Source: an uncultured Candidatus Rokubacteria bacterium (GTDB taxonomy: Bacteria; Methylomirabilota; Methylomirabilia; Rokubacteriales; DASRDR01). Taken from it: a DNA stretch of 64,000 nt. The notes under the pieces are model-generated. The model did not search any database. It saw nothing but the letters and a program-made list of their open reading frames with translations, and was not told the origin of the DNA. Of the stretch, positions 1-10,115 are shown one piece after another (positions within the stretch are counted from its first letter, which is position 1; each line of letters begins with the position of its first letter). Position numbers and translations under genes: made by a program. The DNA is taken from contig CAWDVE010000010.1 of the NCBI GenBank assembly GCA_963805625.1, positions 928,001 through 992,000 of the forward strand, given 5' to 3'.

Positions 1-149
1 GGGCATCCGGGAGCGGCCCTCGCGCCGTTGACCCGGCCGCGTCCCAACCTTGACCCTCCGAGAGCGGCGGGTGTACGGTCGGCTTCGATGCGAGCATCGA
101 GACGGTGCGCGGCAAGACGTGCCGCTGATTCCGGCACGGGACCCCAGCA

Positions 150-1346
150 GTGATCCCGGCCGCACGGGCCGTCCTCCTCACGGCGGCCCTCACCCACGTC
201 CTCCACGACGGCTTCTCGGACGCGCTCTACGTCCTCCTACCGCTCTGGGCAACGGAGTTCCACCTCACGCTCACCGGCGTCGGCGTCCTCAAGGCGGTCT
301 ACACTGCCGGCATGGCGCTGTCGCAGATCCCGGCCGGGATCCTCGCCGAGCGCTGGGGCGAGCGCCGCCTGCTCGTGGCGGGAACGGCCGTCACGGCGCT
401 CGGATATCTCGCCGTGGCCCTGACCGCCGGCGGGATGCTCCCCCTCATGGCGTTTCTCCTCGTGGCCGGGCTCGGCTCCGGGGTCCAGCATCCGCTGGCC
501 TCGTCTCTCGTCTCGCGCGCCTACGAGACTGGGCCCCGACGCGCGGCGCTCGGAACGTACAACTTCGCCGGGGATCTCGGGAAGATCGCGGTGCCCGCGG
601 CCATCGCGCTGACGGCGACTCTCGCCGGCTGGCGCGGCGCGAGCGCTGTGTACGCGCTGCTCGGCCTCGGGGGTGCGCTCCTCATCGCGGTCGCGCTGGG
701 TCGGCTTCGGGCGGGCGGCGCCGTCGGGGCGACGGAGGAGATCCGCCTCTCGGCGGGGGGCTGGGGCATTCGTGACGCCCGCGGCTTCCAGGCGCTCGCC
801 GCGGTCGGCATGATCGACACGGCGACGCGCACCGCGCTCCTGACGTTCCTCCCCTTCTTGCTGCTGGCGAAGGGGCTCACCGTCGCCGGCCTCGGCCTGG
901 CGCTGGCGGTGCTCTTCGCAGGCGGGGCCGCCGGCAAGTTTGTCTGCGGGGTCCTCGCCGAGCGGGTCGGGATCGTGCGCACCGTGATCCTCACCGAGCT
1001 GGCCACGGCCTGCGGCATCGTCGCGGTCGCCCTCGGCCCCCTGACAGTGGCGCTCGGGGTGCTCCTGCCCCTCGGGGTCGCGCTGAACGGGACGTCGTCC
1101 GCCCTCTATGCGACGGTGGCCGATCTCGTCACGCCAGAGCGGCGGGCCCGCGCGTACGGGCTCTACTACACCCTCGTCGTCGGCGCGTCCGCGGTGGCGC
1201 CTCTCGCATACGGCGCGCTCGGCGACGCCCTCGGCATCCTGGCCACCCTGCTCGTGACGTCGGCGGTCGTGCTCCTCACGGTCCCGCTCTGTCTCGTCCT
1301 GCGCAGCGCCCTCGCACCGGCCGAAGGCGCCCGGCTCGCCGCCTGA
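150..1346 (+). CDS. MFS transporter (Fsr-like)
   Basis: 398-aa hydrophobic ORF with about 12 TM segments; MFS motif 'GILAERWGERR' and 'SGVQHP'. Confidence 0.9.
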   Translation: MIPAARAVLLTAALTHVLHDGFSDALYVLLPLWATEFHLTLTGVGVLKAVYTAGMALSQIPAGILAERWGERRLLVAGTAVTALGYLAVALTAGGMLPLMAFLLVAGLGSGVQHPLASSLVSRAYETGPRRAALGTYNFAGDLGKIAVPAAIALTATLAGWRGASAVYALLGLGGALLIAVALGRLRAGGAVGATEEIRLSAGGWGIRDARGFQALAAVGMIDTATRTALLTFLPFLLLAKGLTVAGLGLALAVLFAGGAAGKFVCGVLAERVGIVRTVILTELATACGIVAVALGPLTVALGVLLPLGVALNGTSSALYATVADLVTPERRARAYGLYYTLVVGASAVAPLAYGALGDALGILATLLVTSAVVLLTVPLCLVLRSALAPAEGARLAA

Positions 1347-1391
1347 GGCAACCGGGGACCAGCAGGAGCCCGGCATGTCCACGGTGGCGAC

Positions 1392-1829
1392 GTGACGCGC
1401 TCGTCGGGGCTCGGCCTCGCCGTGCTGCGTGTCATCCTCGGCGTCATCTTCCTCATGCACGGGTACCTCGGCCTCGCCGTCATCGGCCCGGGCGGCATCG
1501 CCGGTTATACGACCCGCATGGGGTACCCGGCAGTGCTCGGCGAGGCTCTCGGGTGGTACCTCATCGTCGCGCACTCGGTGGGCGGGATCATGTTGATCCT
1601 CGGGCTCTTCACCCGCGGGGCCGCGCTCGCCCAGCTGCCGATCATGGCCTCCGCGTTCTTCCTTCACCACCTCCGGCAGGGCTTCTTCCTGACGGGCATC
1701 GTGGTGGACGCGGCGAGGGGGATCGCCATCGCGGGCGGGTACGAGTACACTCTGCTGGTCCTCGCCGCCACCGTGACCCTCGTCCTCGCGGGTGGCGGCG
1801 CGCTCGCGCTCGACCGTCGCACGCGCTGA
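1392..1829 (+). CDS. DoxX family membrane protein
   Basis: 'LRVILGVIFLMHG...GGYEYTL...GGGALALD' DoxX pattern; an AGGAG plus ATG at 1375 is one base out of frame, so the true start may be 1375 with an indel. Confidence 0.88.
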   Translation: MTRSSGLGLAVLRVILGVIFLMHGYLGLAVIGPGGIAGYTTRMGYPAVLGEALGWYLIVAHSVGGIMLILGLFTRGAALAQLPIMASAFFLHHLRQGFFLTGIVVDAARGIAIAGGYEYTLLVLAATVTLVLAGGGALALDRRTR

Positions 1830-1875
1830 AGCGCCAGACGGCGTCGAGCCAGCCTGTGCCCGGGAGATCCCCGCG

Positions 1876-2264
1876 CTGACACCCACGCCCCCCGCTCATC
1901 GGCTGGGGTTTCTCTTCATCGCCCTGTCGGCCGTCCTCTTCGCCTCGCTAGGGGTCGCGACCAAGGGCAGCCTCGAGCTCGCAGCAACCAACGCCCTCTC
2001 GATCACGCTCCTGCGGACGGCGATCGCGCTCCCGACCCTCTGGGCGATCTGCGCCTTCATCCTGGGAAGGCGATGTTCCGGATCGTCGGCGGCGAGCTCG
2101 GCATCATGGCCGTTGCCGGGCTGATGATGGCCCTCCTCGCCTGACTCCTCTTCGATGAAGGCCTCGGGGCGATGGGGCTGCTGGGCGCCGCGCTCCTGCT
2201 GGCCGCGATGGTGATGGTGTTCCGCGGGGGCAGGGCCGCCGCGGACCGGCCCGCGGCGGTCTGA
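1876..2264 (+). pseudogene. EamA/DMT transporter remnant (internal deletion, frameshift, in-frame TGA)
   Basis: 'GFLFIALSAVLFASLGVATK...LRTAIA' N-terminus, frameshift near 2070, then 'ALLA*LLFDEGLGAMGLLGAALLLAA' C-terminus; most of the middle is missing; start approximate. Confidence 0.7.
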
Positions 2265-2280
2265 TCCCGGCGGGACCGGT

Positions 2281-4323
2281 CTACGCCGGAGCGACCTCCA
2301 CCGCAGCGTCGAAGGCGGCCTGGCCCGCGGCGAAGGGAAATAGATCGACCGCCTCGTCCGGAATGACCGGCTCGCCGGAGGTCACGGCGTTGAGGCCACC
2401 CCAGCCGTCCCGCATCCAAACCGTCCCGGCGGGCACCCGCGCCGTCACGTGCGCCCTGGCGCCGAATGCTCCCCGCTCGTTGAAGACGCGGACCGGCGCC
2501 CCCTCGACGAGGCCGCGGGCCGACGCGTCGGCCGGGGCGATCCAGAGACGAGGCTCGGGATCGAGGCGGGCGAGAGTCGGCAGCGCGCGTCCGTGATCGT
2601 AGAACCCGTGGAACTGGGTGAGCGTGCGGCCCTGCCTGAACACCAGCGGATGGGTCGGCGCCGGCGCGGGCTCGTGGACGGGCAAGGGCGGCAGCCCGAG
2701 CGAGGCCGCGCGCTCCGAGTAGAGCTCGACCTTGCCGGAGGGAGTCGCGTAGACGTGCGCGGGATGACCGACGTGCGAGATCCGCAGCGCGCGGATCCCC
2801 CCTTCTGCCCTGAGGGCAGCCACCGTTGCGTGACCCGTCGCCGGGTGGTCCAGGATGGCATCGAGCGGGCCCTCGTCAGTGGCCCAGGGGTAGAAGTCCT
2901 CGACGCCGAGGCGCCGGGCGAGCTCTCGGAGGATCCACACCGCCGGCCGCGTCTCGCCGGGGGCCTCCAGGACCTTCGGCATGAGGTAGAGATGCGTGTT
3001 CGTGCTCTTGCAGCCGAGCTCCTCCAGCCACGAGGTTCCCGGCAGCACGACATCGGCGCACTGCCGCGCCGTGTCGTTCAGGAAGAGGTCGTGACTCACC
3101 ACGAGATCCGTTCGCGCGAGGCCCTTCGCTAGACGCCCCGCATCCGCATACGAGGACAGCATGTCCGTCCCGAAGAGGAGGAGCGTGTGCACGCGGCCCT
3201 CGACGAGGGCCTCCGTGACGCGGGGCATCTGGTTCAGCACGTAGGCGCCCGGCGGCCGCCGCTCGGGCACGGTGATGTCGGAGAGCGCCTGGCCGTGGCT
3301 GGCCGCGCCGTGCCGCGGCCCAAAGCCGCCCCCCGCCACGCCGAGGTGCCCCGTGAGCGCCGGAAGGCAACCGATCGCGCGTGCGCCTTGCCAGCCATTG
3401 CCCCCTTTGTGCATCGAGCTCCCGCCCAGCAGGATCATCGCGGGGCGCGTCGTTGCGTAGCGGCGGGCGAGGCCGGCGATGCGGTCCGCGGGTACCCCGG
3501 TGATGGGCGCCGCCCACTCGGCGCCGAGGCCGCGGACGTGCGCGGCGAGAGCGTCGAAGCCGACAGTGTGGCGGGCCACGAACTCCGCGTCATGAAGCCC
3601 CTCCGCGACGATGACCGACATCATCGCCAGGGCAAGCGCGGCGTCGGTTCCGGGCCGGATCAGGATCACCTCGTCGGACTGCGCCGCGGCCTCGGTCTCG
3701 CGCACGTCGATCGTGACGACGTGGGCGCCGCGGCGGCGGGCGGCGGCCAGATGCGGACCGGTGTTCGGCTGGCTGGCGAGGTTGGCGCCCCACAGCACGA
3801 CGAGGCGCGCGTGCACGCCCATGTCCTCCTTCGTGTTCGCCTCGAGGATGCCAGTCAGTCCCAGGCCGAAGCCGCCCAGCCCCCAGCAGATCATCGCGGG
3901 GTGCCACCACTGGCAGCCCCAGAGATTTGCGAAGCGCCGGAGGAGGTGAGAGTCGACCCGCGTCCCGTAGTTGTTCGCGAAAAGCCCGTGCCCCGACCAG
4001 AGTCCGACCGCCTCGCGGCCCGCTTCGCGCATCCGGCCGGCGATCATGTCGAGCGCCTCGTCCCAGCTGACCCGGCGCCAGGCGTCCTCTCCCCGGCGCA
4101 TACGGACGAGCGGATGGAGGAGCCGGCGCGGGTTGTCGACGATCTCGCGCGACGCCTGGCCCCGGACGCAGAGGAATCCGTGGCTGTCAGGGTTGTCCGG
4201 ATCGCCCCGCACGCCCAGGAGGCGCCCGCCCTCGACGGTGACCAGCATGCCGCAGAGCGTGGGGTGGCAGTTCATGGGGCACATGGTGCGGATCGTGCGC
4301 TGGCCGCCCTCCGTCGTGCTCAT
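2281..4323 (-). CDS. Molybdopterin-dependent oxidoreductase (DMSO reductase superfamily, cytoplasmic)
   Basis: N-terminal Fe-S motif 'CPMNCHPTLCG...GFLCVRG', 'RRVSWDEAL', 'ADVVLPGTSWLE', 'TPSGKVELYS'; no Tat signal; start set at ATG 4323. Confidence 0.92.
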   Translation of the reverse strand: MSTTEGGQRTIRTMCPMNCHPTLCGMLVTVEGGRLLGVRGDPDNPDSHGFLCVRGQASREIVDNPRRLLHPLVRMRRGEDAWRRVSWDEALDMIAGRMREAGREAVGLWSGHGLFANNYGTRVDSHLLRRFANLWGCQWWHPAMICWGLGGFGLGLTGILEANTKEDMGVHARLVVLWGANLASQPNTGPHLAAARRRGAHVVTIDVRETEAAAQSDEVILIRPGTDAALALAMMSVIVAEGLHDAEFVARHTVGFDALAAHVRGLGAEWAAPITGVPADRIAGLARRYATTRPAMILLGGSSMHKGGNGWQGARAIGCLPALTGHLGVAGGGFGPRHGAASHGQALSDITVPERRPPGAYVLNQMPRVTEALVEGRVHTLLLFGTDMLSSYADAGRLAKGLARTDLVVSHDLFLNDTARQCADVVLPGTSWLEELGCKSTNTHLYLMPKVLEAPGETRPAVWILRELARRLGVEDFYPWATDEGPLDAILDHPATGHATVAALRAEGGIRALRISHVGHPAHVYATPSGKVELYSERAASLGLPPLPVHEPAPAPTHPLVFRQGRTLTQFHGFYDHGRALPTLARLDPEPRLWIAPADASARGLVEGAPVRVFNERGAFGARAHVTARVPAGTVWMRDGWGGLNAVTSGEPVIPDEAVDLFPFAAGQAAFDAAVEVAPA

Positions 4324-4402
4324 TGACCCGCAGTATACTGACCCGGTCACGGGATCGTAAACATGGCCCCCGGACCAGCCCTCCGGATCCCGGGAGAGAA
4401 CG

Positions 4403-5581
4403 ATGCGGATCACCAGCCTGGAGACGCTGCATGCCGATGGCGGGCGGCGCGCATTCGACTTCGTCAAGGTCACGACGGACGATGGCCTCGTCGGCTGGAG
4501 CGAGTACAACGAGACGTTCGGCGGATCGGGCCTCACGGCGCTGATCCGCCGCCTGGCGCCCGCCCTCGTCGGCAAGGACCCGCGGGCCCATGAGGCGCTC
4601 GTCGCGCTCATGCAGGCGCTTCGGCGGACGTCGGCGGGCGGGGTCGTCCAGCAGGCCATCGGGGCGATCGAGAACGCGCTTCTCGACGTCAAGGCCCGTG
4701 CGCTCGGTATCCCGGTCTACGAGCTTCTCGGCGGGCCGGTTCGGGACAGGATTCGCCTCTACTGGTCGCACTGCGGAACGTACCGGGTCGCCTGGTGGCA
4801 GGAGCTGCAGCTGTCTCCCGTACGGACGCTGGACGATCTCGTCCGGCTCGGGCGCGAGGTCGTGGCCCGCGGCTACACGGCGCTCAAGACGAACGTCCTG
4901 CTCCTGGGCGACAACCCACGCGCCCACGTCCCCGGCTTTGCCCGGGGCGAGAGCTTTCCCGAGCTCAATGCCGACCGGCACGTCCTCCGCGCGGTCCGAG
5001 ACCAGCTGGCGGCATTCCGCGAGGGCGCCGGCCTCGACGTCGACATCCTCGTCGATCTGAACTTCAACTACAAGACGGAGGGGTTCCTGAAGGTCGCTCG
5101 CGCGATCGCGCCCTTCGACATCCTCTGGGTCGAGATGGACACCCGCTCGCCGAGCGCCCTCCGATACCTCCGCGATCACAGCGAGATCGCGGTGGCCTCC
5201 GGGGAGTGCCTCTTCGGGCGGCGCGAGTACCGCCCGTTCTTCGAGCAGGATGCGATGGACGTGGCGATCATCGACGTCCCCTGGAACGGAATCGCCGAGT
5301 CGGTGAAGATCGCGGCGATGGCCGACGCCTACGAGGTCAACGTGGCCCCGCACAACTTCTACGGCCACCTCGCGACCATGATGAGCGCCCACTTCGCGGC
5401 CGTCATCCCGAACCTCCGGATCATGGAGATCGACCCGGAGACGGTGCCCTGGCAGGACGACTTGGTCACGCGAGCGCCCCGGGTCGAGGCCGGGCACCTC
5501 CTCCTGCCGACGGGGCCTGGATGGGGCACTGAGGTGGACGAGGCGGCTGTCCTGGCCCATCCTCCGAGGACGGCGACCTAG
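4403..5581 (+). CDS. Mandelate racemase/muconate lactonizing (enolase superfamily) enzyme, dehydratase-like
   Basis: 'KVTTDDGLVGWSE', 'IENALLDVKARALGIPVYELLGG', 'ASGE', 'APHN', 'PTGPGWG'. Confidence 0.92.
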   Translation: MRITSLETLHADGGRRAFDFVKVTTDDGLVGWSEYNETFGGSGLTALIRRLAPALVGKDPRAHEALVALMQALRRTSAGGVVQQAIGAIENALLDVKARALGIPVYELLGGPVRDRIRLYWSHCGTYRVAWWQELQLSPVRTLDDLVRLGREVVARGYTALKTNVLLLGDNPRAHVPGFARGESFPELNADRHVLRAVRDQLAAFREGAGLDVDILVDLNFNYKTEGFLKVARAIAPFDILWVEMDTRSPSALRYLRDHSEIAVASGECLFGRREYRPFFEQDAMDVAIIDVPWNGIAESVKIAAMADAYEVNVAPHNFYGHLATMMSAHFAAVIPNLRIMEIDPETVPWQDDLVTRAPRVEAGHLLLPTGPGWGTEVDEAAVLAHPPRTAT

Positions 5582-5634
5582 TGAGCCTCCACACCTAGCG
5601 CAGCGGACGGCGCCAGTCGCGCATCGTTCGGCTG

Positions 5635-6591
5635 TCAGCAGAGGGCTGCGGCGACCGACGGCTTCCTGGGCAGCGCCAGGTCCTCCGCGAGCGCGTCCAC
5701 CAGGAAGCTCGTGACGCGGGCGATGACCGCGCCGTCCCGGAGGATGCGGCGGTGCCCGAGCCGGTGTGTCGTCACGAGCTCGGCCTCCGACCAGGCCTCC
5801 GCGATCGCGGCGCCCTCTATCCACGGAACCTCGGCATCGTCTCGATCGTGAACCACGAGGGCCGCCATGGGGAGGTCCCCGGCTAGGCGCACCAGGTCGA
5901 ATGCTTCCGGCGGGACGCCGACCCGGGCTTCCAGCCGACGATCGAGCCGCTCCCGCGCTCTGGCGGACAGACCGCACGCGTCCATGAAGCGCCCGAGATA
6001 GCCACGGAAGTCCGCCGCCGGCGCGACGAGGGCGATTGCCGCCGGCAACTCGACGAACCCGCCGAGGAGCGCCTGGCGGACCGCCCAGGCGCTCACGGCA
6101 GCGCCTCCGGAGTGCGCCACGATTGCTCGCACGGGGCCCACGTCGTCGACGAGGCCGCGGAGCGCCGCGGCCATCTCGGGAATCGTGGCGACCCGTCCCT
6201 CCGAGAGGCCGTGAGCCGGCGCGTCGAAGGTCGTTACCGAGAAACCGCGCGCCAGCAGCGGCCCGACAAACGCGCCCAGCTGACCGCCGCGCCCTCCCCA
6301 GCCGTGGACGAGCAGGACCCGTGGGCCGGCGCCCCAGGTCCACGTCGCGATCCGCCGCCCGGCCACGTGAATGGAGCCGGGGCGCGCCCGGACCAGGATC
6401 TCCCGCTCCCGCTCGGGCGCCGGATGTCGTGGCGGCGTCAGGAACAGGCGCTCCGCCACCCGGGCGGCGAGAGCGGGCAGGATTCGGCTCAGCAAGCCGA
6501 CACTCTCCAGGGACATCCGCTGGATCAACGGCGTCCTGTAAGACCGAACGATCGTGCTGTTATCGAGTGTCAAGATCGGTGATGTACGCAT
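5635..6591 (-). CDS. Alpha/beta hydrolase
   Basis: 'LLVHGWGG', 'DAPAHGLS', nucleophile elbow 'AHSGG', 'VVHDRDD', 'LGHRRIL'. Confidence 0.9.
   Translation of the reverse strand: MRTSPILTLDNSTIVRSYRTPLIQRMSLESVGLLSRILPALAARVAERLFLTPPRHPAPEREREILVRARPGSIHVAGRRIATWTWGAGPRVLLVHGWGGRGGQLGAFVGPLLARGFSVTTFDAPAHGLSEGRVATIPEMAAALRGLVDDVGPVRAIVAHSGGAAVSAWAVRQALLGGFVELPAAIALVAPAADFRGYLGRFMDACGLSARARERLDRRLEARVGVPPEAFDLVRLAGDLPMAALVVHDRDDAEVPWIEGAAIAEAWSEAELVTTHRLGHRRILRDGAVIARVTSFLVDALAEDLALPRKPSVAAALC
6544..6561 (-). promoter_or_regulatory. Putative second TetR operator inside the hydrolase CDS
   Basis: Minus-strand AACAGCACGATCGTTCGG matches AATAGTACGGTCGTTCCT (7217-7234, plus strand) at 13/18 positions. 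Confidence 0.55.
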
Positions 6592-6608
6592 CTGGCAGAT
6601 CTCCCTTC

Positions 6609-7208
6609 CTAGCGGCCGACGCGGCGGGCCTGGGCGAGTAGCGATTCGAAGGCCCGTCTCACGCGCGTCTCAGCGCTGGGGTCGCGGAGCAGCCGGGCCA
6701 GGTGATGGTAGGAGAGCATGGCTCCGTGAAGGTCGTAGGCGAACTGCTCGGGGTCGAAATCCGGGCGGAACTGGCCTTCCTGGATCCCGGTCCGAGCCGA
6801 ATTGGCGATCACCTCCAGCCAATCCTTCTGGGATTGCACGACGTACTCCCGGGCCGCGCCCGGGCGGTCGTCCAGCTCCACGGCAGCCGCGATGAACGGG
6901 CATCCGCCGGGTAGCGCGGCCGATCGCTCCCAGTTGAGCCAGCTCTCGAACAGCGCCCGCAGGCGAGGCTCCCCTCGCGGCGCGGACAGTCCGGGCTTGA
7001 CGACCTGCTCGATGAAGCGCGTGCGCGCCGTCTCGAGGACCTGGAGGAGCAGCTCCTCCTTGCCGCGAAAGTGGGCGAAGAGCCCGCTCTTGGACAGTTG
7101 GAGATCCTGGGCCAGGCGCCCGATCGTGAGGCCCTCCAGGCCCTCCTTCGTCGCAATCTGGAGGGCGTGGTCAAGGATGGCGCGTCGGGTCTCTTCGCCT
7201 TTCGACAC
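6609..7208 (-). CDS. TetR/AcrR family transcriptional regulator
   Basis: 'GLEGLTIGRLAQDLQLSKSGLFAHF' HTH; 'GGCPF'. Confidence 0.95.
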   Translation of the reverse strand: MSKGEETRRAILDHALQIATKEGLEGLTIGRLAQDLQLSKSGLFAHFRGKEELLLQVLETARTRFIEQVVKPGLSAPRGEPRLRALFESWLNWERSAALPGGCPFIAAAVELDDRPGAAREYVVQSQKDWLEVIANSARTGIQEGQFRPDFDPEQFAYDLHGAMLSYHHLARLLRDPSAETRVRRAFESLLAQARRVGR

Positions 7209-7210
7209 TC

Positions 7211-7244
7211 CCGTACAATAGTACGGTCGTTCCTTTTATGTCAA
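7211..7244 (-). promoter_or_regulatory. Sigma70-type promoter with overlapping TetR operator (leaderless tetR)
   Basis: Minus strand TTGACA (7244-7239), 18 nt, TATTGT (7220-7215), 6 nt before GTG; palindrome CCGTAC-AATA-GTACGG at 7211-7226. Confidence 0.7.
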
Positions 7245-7307
7245 GCGCCTTCCGGGCCGCCTCCGATCGTCCTGAGCCTCGCCTGCCTCGCCTGTGCGGG
7301 CGCGCTC

Positions 7308-8075
7308 CTACGCGTTGCGCTCCAGGACCGATTGCAGGAACTGCCGGGTCCGCTCGTGCCGGGGCGTGGTGAAGATCTGCTCCGGGCTTCCCTCCTCCAC
7401 CACCACCCCGTCGGCCATGAAGAGGACCCGGTCGGCCACGTCGCGCGCGAAGCCCATCTCGTGGGTCACGACGATCATCGTCATGCCCTCCGCCGCGAGC
7501 TGGCGCATCACGCGGAGCACCTCCCCGATGAGCTCGGGGTCCAGGGCCGAGGTGACCTCGTCGAACAGCATCGCCTTGGGCTGCATCGCGAGCGACCGCG
7601 CGATGGCCACGCGCTGCTGCTGCCCGCCGCTCAGCTCCTGCGGATAGGCGTCCACCTTGTCGGAGAGTCCAACCTTGGCCAGGAGCGCCTCCGCCTTGCG
7701 CCGGGCGTCCTCGCGCGGTTCGTTCCGGACGTGGACCGGGGCCAGCATCACGTTTTCGAGGGCCGTCAGGTGCGGAAACAGGTTGAAGGACTGGAACACC
7801 ATCCCGACCTCCGACCGCAGCGCCTCGACCCGGCGCTCGGTGTCGACGACCACCTTGCCGTCTCGAACGTATCGGTAGACCGGCTCCTCCTCCAGGTAGA
7901 TCGTGCCGCTGTCGACCCCCTCGAGGTGATTGATGCAGCGGAGCAACGTCGACTTCCCTGCTCCTGATGGGCCGATGATGCAGACCACCTCGCCCTTGTC
8001 CACGGTCAGCGAGACGTCGCGAAGGACCTGGAGGCGTCCGAAGCTCTTGTTGACCTTGTCCAGGCGGATCATCAC
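7308..8075 (-). CDS. Polar amino acid ABC transporter ATP-binding protein
   Basis: Walker [17 protein letters not shown], '[11 protein letters not shown]', 'VTHEMGFA'. Confidence 0.96.
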   Translation of the reverse strand: MMIRLDKVNKSFGRLQVLRDVSLTVDKGEVVCIIGPSGAGKSTLLRCINHLEGVDSGTIYLEEEPVYRYVRDGKVVVDTERRVEALRSEVGMVFQSFNLFPHLTALENVMLAPVHVRNEPREDARRKAEALLAKVGLSDKVDAYPQELSGGQQQRVAIARSLAMQPKAMLFDEVTSALDPELIGEVLRVMRQLAAEGMTMIVVTHEMGFARDVADRVLFMADGVVVEEGSPEQIFTTPRHERTRQFLQSVLERNA

Positions 8076-8794
8076 GCGGCTCCCTGAGCGACGCCCCTAA
8101 GGAGGGGCTGCCGGCCCCGTCGGTATCCGATCCGCATGCGCCGCTCGAGGTACTGGACGCCGAGCGACCCCGGATACGACAGTGCCAAGTAGATCATCCC
8201 AGCGATCGTGAAGATGGTGAAGTACTGGAAGTTGGTCGCCGCGATGATCTGGCCGCTGAAGATGAGCTCCTTCACCGTGATGGTGGAGGCCAGGGCGGTG
8301 TCCTTGAACAGCGAGATGAAGTAGTTGCCGAGCGGTGGCACGACGATACGGAGCGCCTGCGGCAGGATGACGAGACGCATCATCTTGGCCCGCGACATTC
8401 CGAGGGAGAGCGCCGCTTCCACCTGCCCCTTCGCCACCGCCTGAATACCGGCCCGGTAGACTTCCGACAGGTAGGCCGCGTAGTTGACGGTGAGCCCCAC
8501 CACCCCGGCCGCGAACGGCCCGACCTTGATCCCGAACGCGGGCAGCACGAAGTAGATGTAGAACAGCTGCAGCATGCACGGAGTGCCGCGGATGACCTCG
8601 ACGTAGACCGTCGCCGCCACGCGGACCGGCTTGATCCGGGAGAGACGCGCGAGCGCGACGACCAGGCCGAACACGAGGCTCAGCGCCATCACCGAGAGCG
8701 TGAGCTCCACGCTGATGAGCGCCCCCCGGAGCAGGTCTGGGAGGTAGCTGCCGGCATCGCGGAAGTTGAAGAGCGAGAGCAGGTTGTCGAACAT
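8072..8794 (-). CDS. Polar amino acid ABC transporter permease
   Basis: 'YVEVIRGTP', EAA motif '[11 protein letters not shown]', 'FKDTAL'. Confidence 0.95.
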   Translation of the reverse strand: MFDNLLSLFNFRDAGSYLPDLLRGALISVELTLSVMALSLVFGLVVALARLSRIKPVRVAATVYVEVIRGTPCMLQLFYIYFVLPAFGIKVGPFAAGVVGLTVNYAAYLSEVYRAGIQAVAKGQVEAALSLGMSRAKMMRLVILPQALRIVVPPLGNYFISLFKDTALASTITVKELIFSGQIIAATNFQYFTIFTIAGMIYLALSYPGSLGVQYLERRMRIGYRRGRQPLLRGVAQGAA

Positions 8795-8943
8795 GACGCC
8801 TCCGCCTACGGGTTGGGAATCAGGCCGGCCCGAATCTCCGTGAGAACACTACGGAGCGCGAGACTGGGTCGCGCGAGCGCGAGTTCCGGGTGTCCGCTCG
8901 AGGCTCCCAGCCACGCCCGCCGGTGCACGGCGGCGGCCCGGCC

Positions 8944-8994
8944 GCCTGTCCCGCGCTCCGGCCGCCGAGTCGGCAGCGGAAGTGCGGGACAGGC
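8944..8994 (-). terminator. Stem-loop 3' of the substrate-binding gene (mRNA-stabilising or partial terminator)
   Basis: GCCTGTCCCGC...GCGGGACAGGC perfect 11-bp arms with further inner pairing; no U-tract. Confidence 0.45.
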
Positions 8995-9021
8995 CCTGCG
9001 GATCGACTGCGCTGGCCGTGT

Positions 9022-9909
9022 CTACTGCGACAGCGCGTTCGGGATGACCACGTACCGGGCGGGCAGCCCCGTCTTCACGAGGAACTTGCCCACCGTGCCG
9101 TCCGCCCGCATTTCGTCGATGGCACGCGACAGCGCGTGGTTCAGGTCGACGTCAGTCTTGCGGAGCGCGTACCGTGCGTAGCCGAGCTGGAGCTCGATCG
9201 GCATGGCGACGGAGCTCATCTCCATGTTGATCCCGGGATGCGCCTTGATGAACTGCAGCATCTTGATGTCGTCGTCGACGATGGCGTCGACGCGACCGGC
9301 CGCGAGATCGGCGAACTCTACGTCGCTGGTCGTAAAGAGCTTCAGCTCCTTCAGGTCCTTCCGCGCTTCCATGATCGGCTGGTAGAAGGTCCCGCGGTAC
9401 GTCCCGACCGTCTTGCCCGCGAAGTCCCCCCACGTCATGATCTTCTTCGGGTTGCCCTTCTGGACGGCCACGGCCGCGCCGTACCAGTACGCCGGGCTCG
9501 TGAAGTCGATGACCTTCAGCCGGCCTTCGTTCTCGTGGATGTTGTCCACGATCACGTCGATGCGCTTCGCCTGCAGGGCGGCGATGAGGGAGTCGAAGGG
9601 CATGATCTCCCACGTGACCTTCTTGATGCCGAGGCGCCGGGTGATCTCCCGGAACATGTCGACGTCGAGCCCGGCGTACTCCTTGGTCTTTTCGTCCTGG
9701 TAGGTCCAGGGGAAGTCCGGCACGATACCGAGGGTGATTCCGTCCTTCACGGCCCGCGTGTACGAGCCGTCGCCACCGGTGAAGCTGACACCGAGGATGG
9801 GCCCGGTCGAGCCGTACTCGTCGACCCCTGCCCGGGAGACCCAGACAAGTCCGACGAAGACGGTGATGGTTAGCAGGGCGACCAGAATTCCACGCGCTCG
9901 GTCACGCAT
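9022..9909 (-). CDS. Polar amino acid ABC transporter substrate-binding protein (family 3)
   Basis: Signal-like N-terminus; 'GLDVD', 'FDSLIAALQAKRIDV', 'DFTSP', 'EMRADGT'. Confidence 0.93.
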   Translation of the reverse strand: MRDRARGILVALLTITVFVGLVWVSRAGVDEYGSTGPILGVSFTGGDGSYTRAVKDGITLGIVPDFPWTYQDEKTKEYAGLDVDMFREITRRLGIKKVTWEIMPFDSLIAALQAKRIDVIVDNIHENEGRLKVIDFTSPAYWYGAAVAVQKGNPKKIMTWGDFAGKTVGTYRGTFYQPIMEARKDLKELKLFTTSDVEFADLAAGRVDAIVDDDIKMLQFIKAHPGINMEMSSVAMPIELQLGYARYALRKTDVDLNHALSRAIDEMRADGTVGKFLVKTGLPARYVVIPNALSQ

Positions 9910-10115
9910 GGGCAGAGCCTCCTGTCCGTTTTGCTAGGCTTCGCGGTGCGGCGGTTGCAGGCGGGCGGCATGCCAGTCTGGCCGCGCAGCGGCCACTGCT
10001 ATGGGCCGGCCGCCACATGATCGGTGGGCCCGGGACGAACTGTCAAGGGTCGCCCGGCCCGCTGTTGCGCAAGGAGGCTGTCACCTCGGCCGAAAGGTAG
10101 GCAGGTCCGCCTAGG

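Noticed and set aside
1375-1395. Six-codon uORF before doxX
   Set aside because: One extra C in the CC run would join it in frame to DoxX; more likely an indel error than a leader peptide.
9962-9976. Sigma54 promoter (minus-strand TGGCATG-N4-CCGC) before the amino-acid binding gene
   Set aside because: GG-N10-GC spacing fits but the TTGC element is poor; easily chance at this GC content.
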